Shown piece after piece: positions 38,659 through 48,107 of a stretch of DNA of 64,000 nt; the first letter of the stretch is position 1, and every line of letters begins with the position of its first letter. The translations under genes were made by a program, and so were the position numbers. The notes beneath the pieces were generated by a model. The model was not told the DNA's origin. It saw only the letters and a program-made list of their open reading frames with translations, and did no database searches. Source of the DNA: Treponemataceae bacterium (GTDB lineage: Bacteria > Spirochaetota > Spirochaetia > Treponematales > Rectinemataceae); assembly GCA_963667725.2 (NCBI GenBank), contig CAXXHO010000003.1, positions 800,001 through 864,000 on the forward strand, given 5' to 3'.

Positions 38659-40893
38659 ATGCCCCAGGGGAAAAGCAGGACAAGATTATCCATGTCGATG
38701 ATCTTCACCGGATCGTTGGTAGGAATGTTTTTAATTTTTCTGATTCTCATGGCTATTGTCTACAGCCAGTTTCAGAAATCGCTGCTCTTGTCTCTTGCCA
38801 AACAGAACGAGGAATTCGCCTCCCAGGTCAGTTCAACCACAAAATTCGCCGATGAGATTCTTATCAGTGTCACAAACCAGCTCTTCTACGATCCGGCCGT
38901 AACGTTGCTAAGGAAAAGCGATAAGATTTCCAACTTTGAATTCATCGAGGGAATAAGACAGATAAACGATATCGCCGCCTCGGCTATCCTGATTGACTCG
39001 ATCTACATCTATAACGGCAAGAAGGATTATATTTACAGTACCGCGCAGTATGGGCCGGTCAACGATAATGCCGAGCGTTTCAGGGACAAGGACGCGGTAC
39101 GAATGCTCCGTGAGCGTAGGAGCGAGCAACGGCTGGTAATTATTCCCCGGGAAACATCCATGTTCAGCGGTTCGGGTAATTCGGCCATCTATTCGTTTAT
39201 GTTCTTTGAGACGATTTCGGACGGGACTCCGGATACCAACGCTATCCTTCTCAACCTGAAGGCATCGGCCTTCACCAAGTTGTATTTCGGCAGCGACTTT
39301 CAGAATCAGGCGTTCATCATAAACGGCAAAGGGACCTTGATCGCTTCCAAGGACTCTTTAGAAGAAAGTGCCAGGCATGGGCTAATCGCCAGGATCCTCG
39401 CGGAAAACGCGAACGACAAGGCTAGCGGCTATTTCACCTTCCCCAATGCTGGCGTAGGGAAAATGCTCTGTTTCTATTCATCTTTGGGTGAGCACAACTG
39501 GATCTATGTAAAGACTCTTGCCTACGAAGAAGCCTTTCCCGCATTGCTGCGTTCACGCAACCGCACCCTTGTCGCCATTTCCGTCATAATCCTTGTTCTC
39601 GTGGCGGTATCCGCGCTCATAGCGAATCGCGTCTATGTCCCCTACAGAAAGATTTCGCAAAAGATTTCCAAAGCAATCAGCGGCAACGGAAATGAGAATC
39701 CCGACCAAATAATCAGGAACCTTGACCAGCTTATCGTTGAACATGACAGCCGGGAATTCCTTGGGCCCATGATAAAAAGCGAGATCCTCAAGGATTTGCT
39801 TCTGGGAAAGAAGTCTATCGATATGCCCGACTTCAACCTTGAAACCCACCACCTTCAGATAGCCATAAACTTTCCAGTCACGCTATATCTATTAAGCAAC
39901 AAGGACATAGTACTTAATACCGAGGATATCCAGGAGAGGATCCCATATTGCGAAACGGTGGCGATAAATTCCTACCTTATCCTTTTCCTCCAGCCTATGA
40001 GTCAGGATCAGGAAATACATGTACGGAACGAACTCGTCAGAAAAAATCCTGACATGCTTCTCATTTACTCCGAAGAAATCAGGGACTGGTCTTTGATCCC
40101 TGACACTTTCCAGAAACTCGGGGAGACTTGGCAGCTCAGATTTCTGCATCCTGAGACAAAGCTGATTAGCTTGAAAGACCAGCCGCTGAGAAGGCATGTA
40201 ATGGCCCCGCTTTCTGAAAAATCGGCCGCGGTAGTAGGATTTCTGAAGAAGGGATTCTATTCAAAAGCGGCGGAAACCTGGAATCTGTTTGTTCGTGAAC
40301 TGGAGGACAAGCAGTACTCGACGGTCAACGTTGCGCTCATAAACATCGCGAATGCCATACTCAAGCTTGCCTTGGATTACAAAGTGCTTGATTCGACATA
40401 CGAGGAATCTTGCGTGGCTTACCAGATGACGATCGACAGTCTGGATGATATGAACGAACTGAATAAACTGTTGGACGATCTTTTTCGCAAAATCACCGAC
40501 AATGTCCAGCAGATGCAGCAGACCAGCAAGAAAGATACAATCCATGAGATTTTCGAATACCTCGCCCAAAACTACACCGACATGCAGATTTCCACTAAGT
40601 CGGTTGCCGATGTCTTCAAGATGTCGCCCGCGTACCTGTCGCGAATTTACAGACAGGGGCTGGGCCATTCTCTGATGGATGAAATTAATGCGCTAAGGAT
40701 TCAAAAGGCTAAAGAGTGTCTTGCCGATCCCAACGGCCTGATAAAGAACATTCCGCAGAAGATTGGTCTTGAGAATTCACAGTACTTTTTCCTGCTGTTC
40801 AAGAAAATGACAGGCAAGACGCCCAAAGCATATCAGAATGACTTGATAATGCTCAGAAAGAGAGAGGCCGCGAAACAGAGCAGACGAGTCTGA
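38659..40893 (+). CDS. Membrane-anchored AraC-family regulator with extracytoplasmic sensor domain (YesS-like)
   Basis: Two TM helices flanking a domain of about 270 aa; C-terminal AraC HTH (MSPAYLSRIYRQ...YFFLLFKKMTGKTPKAY); divergent from the ABC operon. Confidence 0.88.
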   Translation: MPQGKSRTRLSMSMIFTGSLVGMFLIFLILMAIVYSQFQKSLLLSLAKQNEEFASQVSSTTKFADEILISVTNQLFYDPAVTLLRKSDKISNFEFIEGIRQINDIAASAILIDSIYIYNGKKDYIYSTAQYGPVNDNAERFRDKDAVRMLRERRSEQRLVIIPRETSMFSGSGNSAIYSFMFFETISDGTPDTNAILLNLKASAFTKLYFGSDFQNQAFIINGKGTLIASKDSLEESARHGLIARILAENANDKASGYFTFPNAGVGKMLCFYSSLGEHNWIYVKTLAYEEAFPALLRSRNRTLVAISVIILVLVAVSALIANRVYVPYRKISQKISKAISGNGNENPDQIIRNLDQLIVEHDSREFLGPMIKSEILKDLLLGKKSIDMPDFNLETHHLQIAINFPVTLYLLSNKDIVLNTEDIQERIPYCETVAINSYLILFLQPMSQDQEIHVRNELVRKNPDMLLIYSEEIRDWSLIPDTFQKLGETWQLRFLHPETKLISLKDQPLRRHVMAPLSEKSAAVVGFLKKGFYSKAAETWNLFVRELEDKQYSTVNVALINIANAILKLALDYKVLDSTYEESCVAYQMTIDSLDDMNELNKLLDDLFRKITDNVQQMQQTSKKDTIHEIFEYLAQNYTDMQISTKSVADVFKMSPAYLSRIYRQGLGHSLMDEINALRIQKAKECLADPNGLIKNIPQKIGLENSQYFFLLFKKMTGKTPKAYQNDLIMLRKREAAKQSRRV

Positions 40894-42079
40894 TGTTCCG
40901 GTTCTCAATCCAAGCCGATAGGGATTTGCAATCTTCGGTCTTGGCATGGAACAGCATAACCGCCGAGGGTTTTGCTTTCTGTATCAGGCTCTTGATATCT
41001 TCTTGATCCGGATGCACCTTGATGACGGTCGATTCAACAACCAGCTTTATTGATTCCTTTCGGCGGTATTCCGGGTCCGATATCATTTTCCCCAAAGAAC
41101 CTGTGGCGACATGTCCGCTTATGATTATTTTGTTTCTGCCGTCATTTTTGATTTTTTCAAAGTATTGGACAGAAACGGGGCTTGTCATCATGCCGTCTGG
41201 ACATAAAACCGCATATCCTCCTAAATCATCACTGGTTCCGTCTTGAGCTTCTATAAAGCTTCCCTTCGCGTCCCATAACGATGATTCAGAAATCCACCCG
41301 ACTTTGTCTTTAAGCGTATACAAGCTCTTTAGGATGCTTTTATCTACAATTAATGACACTTTCTGTTCCAAGAGATACAAAAAGAGGTCGATTCCCCGTC
41401 CGTTTGAAGGTACCGGGAGCAACACGGTTCCGTTTTCGCGAATCGTCTTATTAACAGATGCGAGGATGTTCTCATACTGTTGTTTTTGGTCGATTGTCCT
41501 TGCGGCATATGCTGCATCGGTGATAAGAATGTCGCAGGCCGGCATTTCATCGGCCTTCAGCAACAGCGAGTCGAAGCAGGTATCGCCGGTATAGAGAAGA
41601 GTAGTGCTGTTAAAGTTAAAATGGTACCACAGACTCCCCAGCATGTGGGCGCTTCGCCCGGCGAGTACCTTGATGCCAGAGATCTCATTGACCCCAAGTT
41701 CCAGTGGGTGAAAATCCAGAAGTTCGATGTTGTTCTCGTCAAACGGAAGAGTTCCGCCTTTCTCTTTCACGTAAGAAACCCATTTTCTCATGAAGCCTTT
41801 CGCTAATCTCATGGTTTCCGAGTGGCAGAATACCGGTCCACGGTATCCGAGCTCGTATAGGTAAGGCAAGGCGGCGCTATGGTCTTCATGTGCGTGGGAA
41901 AGGAATACGGCATCGATCGATAATGCTATCTCTTTGGTTATATGGGGGTAGACTCGTTCGACCGTGGAAATTTCCCTCAGCACGCCGCAATCGAGGAGAA
42001 AACGTTTCCCCCCAGCGGAAACATGAAAGCAATTGCGCGCGTCTTCGCCGCTGCCGCCTAACGACTCGACTGTAACCAT
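40853..42079 (-). CDS. Metallo-beta-lactamase fold hydrolase with beta-CASP domain
   Basis: LLDCG, SHAHEDH, AHMLGS, YTGD, VLLPVPSNGRG, ISGH, KVHPD. Confidence 0.87.
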   Translation of the reverse strand: MVTVESLGGSGEDARNCFHVSAGGKRFLLDCGVLREISTVERVYPHITKEIALSIDAVFLSHAHEDHSAALPYLYELGYRGPVFCHSETMRLAKGFMRKWVSYVKEKGGTLPFDENNIELLDFHPLELGVNEISGIKVLAGRSAHMLGSLWYHFNFNSTTLLYTGDTCFDSLLLKADEMPACDILITDAAYAARTIDQKQQYENILASVNKTIRENGTVLLPVPSNGRGIDLFLYLLEQKVSLIVDKSILKSLYTLKDKVGWISESSLWDAKGSFIEAQDGTSDDLGGYAVLCPDGMMTSPVSVQYFEKIKNDGRNKIIISGHVATGSLGKMISDPEYRRKESIKLVVESTVIKVHPDQEDIKSLIQKAKPSAVMLFHAKTEDCKSLSAWIENRNIRLVCSVSRPLSF

Positions 42080-42355
42080 ATAACCCTCAATTGAAGAAAA
42101 ATTCTAAATCAGTTTCTTCCGGCAGACAAGGACTGTCATTCATATCTATATATCCGATACGCGACTTGGGACGATGTATCTGCTGGTCCCGAAACCGCGG
42201 CGAGGAGGCCATATCTCCTTTTCGCGAACGGGCGGAAGCGAAGCGAGCATACATTGATCGAGATGGTACTCGAGGCATACACATGGGTTTGTTCCCATAC
42301 CTCTCATGATCGGCAGCGGCCGATGGCCGCAAATCTTTCTGAACAGGAGTCTTCT

Positions 42356-43066
42356 ATGCAGAAGCGAATCGGGATTGTACTCGCGATCGCCCTGTTGGCG
42401 CTCACCGCGGTGGGGGCACAGGGCATGTATCTCGGACTTGGGCACGCGTCCAATTTCCGCCTCGGACCGGGCAAAGACAGCACGGGAACGCAGGTATACA
42501 GTTTCAATTTCGTATTTTCCTCCGTCATCTTCGACGCGGCGGGGAAAGTCCTGGATTGCGAATTCGACGCCCTCGAAGTCAGCACGCCTAACTACGACGG
42601 CGCTTCCATGCCCCATTTCGCTGGCTGGCCCGGGAGTCCCGAACCCAACTTCACCGACCACAAGACGGAAAAAGTGGCGGGAAAAGCCCCCACGACCGTC
42701 GAGGCGGTGGCGGCTGACATAAAAGGCTGGAAGACCAAGCGCGATCGCGGCGATGACTACGGGATGAATCCGAGAAACGACTGGTATCATCAGATGGATA
42801 TATACGAGAAACTCTTCGTCGGTAAAACGATGGACGAGATAAATGCCTGGTTTGCCAGGTATTTCAGCGACGTGAACGGCCGCCCTCTCAATCTCGAGAC
42901 GAAGGTTGAGAAAGATATGGCCAAGGTCGCCCTCCTCAATGAGACGGAGAAGGCCATGCTCGTCGACGTGCGAACCGGCGCCACGATGAGCCTGAACGAC
43001 GCCCATGGTCCCTATCTCGCCGCCCTGAAGAGCGCCTGGGAAAACAGGAAACCTTTGGCGAAGTAA
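42356..43066 (+). CDS. Secreted protein with a putative FMN-binding/flavinylation motif
   Basis: Signal peptide (MQKRIGIVLAIALLALTAVGAQG); C-terminal DVRTGATMS matches [S/T]GA[S/T]; AGGAG before the ATG. Confidence 0.65.
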   Translation: MQKRIGIVLAIALLALTAVGAQGMYLGLGHASNFRLGPGKDSTGTQVYSFNFVFSSVIFDAAGKVLDCEFDALEVSTPNYDGASMPHFAGWPGSPEPNFTDHKTEKVAGKAPTTVEAVAADIKGWKTKRDRGDDYGMNPRNDWYHQMDIYEKLFVGKTMDEINAWFARYFSDVNGRPLNLETKVEKDMAKVALLNETEKAMLVDVRTGATMSLNDAHGPYLAALKSAWENRKPLAK

Positions 43067-43124
43067 AAAGCGGAAAGGATGGAGCATCGGGAGTCTGCCT
43101 CGAGTCGAGGCGTCGATGCTGATA

Positions 43125-43165
43125 AAGGGGCTGCCCGGGAAGCGATTTCCGGCGGCCCCCTTTTT
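43125..43165 (+). terminator. Intrinsic terminator, probably bidirectional
   Basis: aaggggctgcc...ggcggcccccttttt between convergent genes. Confidence 0.65.
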
Positions 43166-43832
43166 ATAGACCGAGTTTCGGGCAGATGGCTTCCAGGGGG
43201 CAGAGATCCTTTCCACGAAGGCAGGCCGGCGATCGCGCGGTGCAGACGAACTTGCCGTGTCGGTTGAGGGCGTGGGAGAAGGAAGTATGGCATTCTTCGC
43301 CGAGATTCGCGCGGATGATGTCTTCGATATATTCAGGATCTTTTTTTTCGCTGAGCCCCAGCCTGAAAGCCACGCGCATCACATGGGTATCCACGATGAT
43401 GCCTGGCGAACCGAAGCAGGCCGACGATACGAGGTTGGCCGTTTTCCGGCCCACGCCCGGTAGGCGAAGCAGCTCTTCCATCGTTGCTGGTACTTTCCCG
43501 CCGAACTCGGCGACCAGAATGCGCGCCGCGAGCACGAGATGTCTCGCCTTTGTCCTGAAAAAACCTACCGAATGAATGAAGGGTTCTACCTCCTCAGGTT
43601 CGGCGGCGGCAAGCGCGAAGGCGTCGGGATATCTGCCGAAGAGCGCCGGCGTCACGGCGTTCACCTGGTCGTCTGTACATTGAGCGCTCAGTATGACGGC
43701 GCAAAGAAGTTCGAAACAGGAAGAATACTCGAGAAGGGGTTTCGCGTCGGGCCAGAGCGGAACCAGGATTTCCCTGATCTGGGAAATGCGATTTCGCAAG
43801 GCGACGTTTTCGGTTGGAGTCTGTTTTGCCAC
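43164..43832 (-). CDS. nth: Endonuclease III (start uncertain)
   Basis: ILSAQCTDDQVN, LPGVGRKTAN HhH, VDTHV, C-terminal four-Cys cluster. Confidence 0.92.
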   Translation of the reverse strand: MAKQTPTENVALRNRISQIREILVPLWPDAKPLLEYSSCFELLCAVILSAQCTDDQVNAVTPALFGRYPDAFALAAAEPEEVEPFIHSVGFFRTKARHLVLAARILVAEFGGKVPATMEELLRLPGVGRKTANLVSSACFGSPGIIVDTHVMRVAFRLGLSEKKDPEYIEDIIRANLGEECHTSFSHALNRHGKFVCTARSPACLRGKDLCPLEAICPKLGL

Positions 43833-43940
43833 GGCCGAAGTATTCCATGGCCGGCCTTCCGGAGTAAAGTCCGGAAACGCCAAAACTTGACCAAGGCGAG
43901 GACGATGATATAGGATGGTGCCGGTTCCCAGGAGAAAAAA

Positions 43941-44882
43941 ATGAATCCCAAGTCCCTGAAAGGTCGTTCCCTTCTTACCTGGATTAATTTTACGCCGGAT
44001 GAAATACGATATTTTCTCGAGCTCACGAAAAAGGTCAAGGCCGAGTCCGAGAAATCCGTGATCCGTCAACGTTTCAGGGGGAAATCCCTCGCCCTGATCT
44101 TCGAAAAACGATCCACGAGGACCAGGGCCGCCTTCGAGACGGCCTTCGGGGAAGAGGGCGGACATCCCGTATTTCTTTCGAAGGAGGACCTCCAGCTGGG
44201 AGCCAAGGAATCCATCGAAGATACGGCGCGGGTCCTGGGCAGGATGTTCGATGCCATCGAATTCCGCGGTTTCAGGCAGGCCGATGTCGAGACCCTCGCT
44301 AAATATTCAGGGGTGCCGGTATACAACGGACTGACGGATTCCTTCCATCCGACCCAGGTTCTCGCGGATTTTTTCACGCTCGAACAAGAGTTCGGCAATT
44401 TCAAGGGCAAGAAGCTTGCTTTTGTCGGCGACGGCCGCAATAATGTCGCTCGGTCACTCATGGTGATTTGTTCCAAGATGGGCGTCCATCTATCGATCAT
44501 CGCCCCGAAGCCGCTCTGGCCCGATTCCGAGCTGAAGGATATATGCCGGACCTTCGCGAGTGAGTCCGACGCCGCCCTGGAGATTACCGAAAGCAAGGAA
44601 GAAGGCGTTCGCGGCGCTTTGGCTGTCTATACCGATGTCTGGACTTCGATGGGGGAGGAAGCGTTCGAGGCCGATAGAGAGGCTATCCTTCAACCCTATA
44701 CGGTGGATTCGAAGCTTATGGACTGCACCGGCGATACGCGCAGCATTTTTCTTCATTGCCTGCCCGCCGTCAAGGGCAAGGAAGTGTCCTTCGATCTCTT
44801 TGAGGGTCCAAGGTCGAGGGTTTTCGAGCAGGCCGAGAACCGGAAGCACGCGATAAAGGCGATTTTGCTGGCTACCCTATGA
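43941..44882 (+). CDS. argF: Ornithine carbamoyltransferase
   Basis: KRSTRT, HPTQ, DVWTSMG, HCLP, QAENR. Confidence 0.93.
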   Translation: MNPKSLKGRSLLTWINFTPDEIRYFLELTKKVKAESEKSVIRQRFRGKSLALIFEKRSTRTRAAFETAFGEEGGHPVFLSKEDLQLGAKESIEDTARVLGRMFDAIEFRGFRQADVETLAKYSGVPVYNGLTDSFHPTQVLADFFTLEQEFGNFKGKKLAFVGDGRNNVARSLMVICSKMGVHLSIIAPKPLWPDSELKDICRTFASESDAALEITESKEEGVRGALAVYTDVWTSMGEEAFEADREAILQPYTVDSKLMDCTGDTRSIFLHCLPAVKGKEVSFDLFEGPRSRVFEQAENRKHAIKAILLATL

Positions 44883-44913
44883 ACGCATTGAATGGCGGAA
44901 AGGAAAATAATGT

Positions 44914-45900
44914 ATGAAAGAAGTCCCTCAAGGGATTATATGGTTCATTGAAAACCACGATTGCTTCTATGTCCTGGGTCATCGCGAACCCGATGGAGAC
45001 TGCATCGGATCCCAGCTAGCCCTCGCGTCCTTCCTCAAAAGCCTGGGGAAACGCGTGCATGTCCTGTCTTCGGGACCTTTCACGCGTTCGGAAATTCTCC
45101 AGTACGAGCATAAATTCAAGAACGAAGCCCCGCCGGAGCGCGACTACGAAAGAGCCGCTGCCCTTGTCCTTGACTGTTCCTCCATGTCCCGCATCGGCTC
45201 GGTGGGCGAAACCATGCCTAAGGTGCCGATTGCCTTCATCGATCATCATGCCTCGGGCGAAGTCCCCGGCGAATCCGATTATCTCGACCACAGCGCCTCG
45301 GCAGTCACCGCCATGGTATTTCTCCTCATGGAGGCCATGGGACATCAGCCCACGAAAGAAGAAGCCGACCTCCTGTTTTTTGGGCTCTGTACCGACACCG
45401 GCTTTTTCCGTCATCTCGACGAGAGGGGAAGCGCGACCTTCGATGTCGCCGCCCGCCTTGTCCGCGCCGGGGCTTCGCCAAAGCGCACTTTCATGGAGAT
45501 CAACGGCGGCAAAACCATCTTCTCCAGGAAACTTCTGGGCGAGATGCTCACGCGCATCGAATCCCATTATGACGGCAAACTCCTGGTTTCCTACGTGAAT
45601 CTGGACGATCAGCAGCGTTTCGGCCTCGCCAGCAGGGACTCCGACATTCTCTACCAGCTGATGATGAGCGTCGCGACCTGCGAGGCCTGTTTCGTGGTGA
45701 AGCAGGAAGCCGAAAAGCAGTGCACCGTCGGCTTCCGCTCACGGGAGCGGGTCAATGTGGCCGAAATAGCGGCTCGCTTCGGCGGGGGCGGCCATAGGCT
45801 CGCCTCGGGGCTCTCCATCCAGGGAACGATCGATACCGTCATGGAAACGCTCATACGCGCCTTCGAACCCGTGTTCGAAAACTTCAAGGAAGAAAAATAG
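44914..45900 (+). CDS. nrnA: DHH/DHHA1 oligoribonuclease / pAp phosphatase
   Basis: HREPDGDCIGS, LDCS, IDHH, TDTGFF, FGGGGH. Confidence 0.88.
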   Translation: MKEVPQGIIWFIENHDCFYVLGHREPDGDCIGSQLALASFLKSLGKRVHVLSSGPFTRSEILQYEHKFKNEAPPERDYERAAALVLDCSSMSRIGSVGETMPKVPIAFIDHHASGEVPGESDYLDHSASAVTAMVFLLMEAMGHQPTKEEADLLFFGLCTDTGFFRHLDERGSATFDVAARLVRAGASPKRTFMEINGGKTIFSRKLLGEMLTRIESHYDGKLLVSYVNLDDQQRFGLASRDSDILYQLMMSVATCEACFVVKQEAEKQCTVGFRSRERVNVAEIAARFGGGGHRLASGLSIQGTIDTVMETLIRAFEPVFENFKEEK

Positions 45901-46100
45901 GTTCTGCTTTTCCCTTGCTCGCTGTCATGAACTCGCCTTCCCGGAGCAGGGGAAAGGTAACGGAACGCAACAAAATCATTTTTCATGTTTTTCTTGCTGA
46001 CCGATGGCATTGTGAAGCGCCGGTTTTTGATTTTGCTAGTTTATTTCATCATAAAGATTAATTTCTTGATATCTTAGAATTCCCCAGTCCTTTTACTCTT

Positions 46101-46117
46101 TTGGCACTCCTCCTGCA
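46101..46117 (+). promoter_or_regulatory. Putative sigma54 (-24/-12) promoter
   Basis: TTGGCAC-TCCTC-CTGCA with GG (46103-4) and GC (46115-6) 10 nt apart; AT-rich region upstream; GGAGG and ATG 46144 downstream. Confidence 0.65.
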
Positions 46118-46143
46118 TGCATAGTGGCGTGGAGGAATCTACA

Positions 46144-47052
46144 ATGACCACAAGCCTTCTTTCGACCCTCTATCCGGCTGAGCTTGGAGGGGCAAGCCTG
46201 GCTCCTTTCATGGAAGAATTGAGCGCGGCGGAGTCCCTCATCATGTTGAGCCTCGTCATGAAAGTCTTCTCCAATCCCCGGCGTTTCGGATTCGTATCGG
46301 GCGATGAGGCCGCCGAAGCCTTCCTTCGCTATCAGCGGCGGCTGAAATCCATCATAAAGCGAAGCGAGGCCATCGATGGAAGCAAGGATGCATACATAGA
46401 TTCCTGCGTTCGCTATCTCGCGAAGTCGGTACAGCGCTCGCTGCGGAAGAAGGAAATGGTCGACTGCGTGCTCGAGATCGCCGGCGAAACCGGCGCCTGT
46501 CTTTTGACGCAAATGGAAAGCGATCTGGAATCCTTGTCCGTCATGGAGGAAGATGAGCGCAGGTTTATCGGGGGCATAGCGCCTTCGCTTTTTCTTGCCC
46601 GCATGGACGCCGCGGAAAAACGTCTCCTCTATCTCGTCATCAAATGCGCCTGGGAAATGGACGATGAAATGACGGAGAAGGTAGCCAGGCGGCTCGGCCT
46701 GCCGGTTCTGTGGCTATGTTCGATCCTTCACCTGGCCAGATCGTCGCTTGAGCCCTCAAGGCTCTATCTCTCCCGCATTAATGAAAGGATCAACGTTTTG
46801 TGGCTTCGCCTGAGGCTTATAGAAGCGGAACAGCGGGGCGACAATGTCAGGTCCGAGCAGCGGGAAAAGCTCGTACATAGCTCTTCGCAGTGCAGACGGC
46901 GCTATGAAGCCCTCCTTGAGCGAAAATCCCGATTCCGTCTTCTCGTGTCCAACCGGGTGATCGCCGAGATACTGCGCATTCCCAAAGGCTCCGTGGACTC
47001 GGGACTTTTTTACCTTAAGGCCCAACTGCGCGGGAAGCTTGATGAGCGCTGA
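46144..47052 (+). CDS. Uncharacterised helical protein with C-terminal sigma region-4-like HTH
   Basis: GGAGG at 46131; C-terminal SNRVIAEILRIPKGSVDSGLFYLK. Confidence 0.6.
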   Translation: MTTSLLSTLYPAELGGASLAPFMEELSAAESLIMLSLVMKVFSNPRRFGFVSGDEAAEAFLRYQRRLKSIIKRSEAIDGSKDAYIDSCVRYLAKSVQRSLRKKEMVDCVLEIAGETGACLLTQMESDLESLSVMEEDERRFIGGIAPSLFLARMDAAEKRLLYLVIKCAWEMDDEMTEKVARRLGLPVLWLCSILHLARSSLEPSRLYLSRINERINVLWLRLRLIEAEQRGDNVRSEQREKLVHSSSQCRRRYEALLERKSRFRLLVSNRVIAEILRIPKGSVDSGLFYLKAQLRGKLDER

Positions 47053-47074
47053 ACGGGCAGGGTATTCTCGTTTC

Positions 47075-47677
47075 ATGGATATACTAGTCGCTACATTCAA
47101 CCGACATAAAATCGAGGAATTGGCTCCGCTTTTCCCGACGCACAGGCTATTGAGCCCCGCCGACATGGGGTATTCGGAGATGGAAATCGAGGAAGACGGC
47201 GCCAGCTATTTCGAAAATTCGCTCATAAAGGCCCAAGCCCTCTACGAACTCGCGGGAATGCCGACCTTGGCCGACGATTCGGGGCTTTCCGTGGCGGCTC
47301 TGGACGGCGCTCCAGGCATCTATTCATCCCGATACGGATCAGGCGATGGGCAGGTGAAGCTTTCTTCGGCCGAGCGCAACGATCTTCTTCTCGCGGCGAT
47401 GAATACCGCCGCGGACAGGAACTGCGCTTTCTATTGCTGCCTCGTTTTCCTCTATGGCGATGACAGATTCCTGAGCGTCCAGGAAACCTGTCCCGGCATC
47501 CTTGCCGAGGCGCCGAGGGGCTCGGGCGGTTTCGGCTACGACCCTCTCGTATTTCTTCCGGAACTGGGCAAGACCGTCGCCGAGCTTTCGCCGGAAGAGA
47601 AAAATCTCATCTCCCACCGAGGCAGGGCGGCGAGGAAGCTGAATGCCATCCTCGCTTCCGTGGATTTTTCCCGCTGA
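47075..47677 (+). CDS. rdgB: Non-canonical purine NTP pyrophosphatase (HAM1 family)
   Basis: ATFNRHKIEE, ADDSGL, PGIYSSRY, GFGYDP, KNLISHRG. Confidence 0.94.
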   Translation: MDILVATFNRHKIEELAPLFPTHRLLSPADMGYSEMEIEEDGASYFENSLIKAQALYELAGMPTLADDSGLSVAALDGAPGIYSSRYGSGDGQVKLSSAERNDLLLAAMNTAADRNCAFYCCLVFLYGDDRFLSVQETCPGILAEAPRGSGGFGYDPLVFLPELGKTVAELSPEEKNLISHRGRAARKLNAILASVDFSR

Positions 47678-47727
47678 GCTAGGGCAGAAATCGACCCGCG
47701 CGGAGTCCGAGGCTTCCCCGCTGGGCA

Positions 47728-47767
47728 TAAAAAAACCGCGCTGGCCTATGGCCATGCGCGGTTTTTT
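47728..47767. terminator. Bidirectional intrinsic terminator between rdgB and rpmE
   Basis: aaaaaaaccgcgc-tggcctatggccat-gcgcggtttttt. Confidence 0.85.
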
Positions 47768-47784
47768 CATCAGCCGATGAAGCG

Positions 47785-48000
47785 TTATTTCGCTTCGGTG
47801 GCTTTGATACCATACTTGCGGTTGAAGCGCTCGATGCGTCCCGCGGTGTCTACGAGCTTCTGTTTTCCGGTAAAGAAGGGGTGGCAAGCGGAACAAATTT
47901 CCACTTGGATGCTCTTTACCGTCGAACGGGTCTCGATAACATTGCCGCAGACGCAAGTGATGGTTGCATTCTCGTACTTGGGGTGAATTCCATCTTTCAT
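47785..48000 (-). CDS. rpmE: 50S ribosomal protein L31, Zn-binding type
   Basis: [32 protein letters not shown]. Confidence 0.97.
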   Translation of the reverse strand: MKDGIHPKYENATITCVCGNVIETRSTVKSIQVEICSACHPFFTGKQKLVDTAGRIERFNRKYGIKATEAK

Positions 48001-48107
48001 ATCGTTCCTCCACTGCGTCGCCTGGCTAACAATGCCTGAAAACCGGCCATTGTGACGGCGATTGAATATTGCCGGACTATTATACTCCCAAAAAACCGAA
48101 ACGTCTA

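Noticed and set aside
42087..42340. Possible gene remnant or att site at the right edge of the accessory block
   Set aside because: The short ORFs have no reliable motif, and I could not find a direct repeat matching the left edge near 31.8 kb.
43833..44165. N-terminal extension of nth in the ORF track
   Set aside because: It overlaps the divergent argF gene and the intergenic region. Endonuclease III similarity starts near 43800.
45905..45960. Long imperfect hairpin after nrnA as a riboswitch or ncRNA
   Set aside because: No recognisable aptamer motif. It is more simply a 3' stem-loop.
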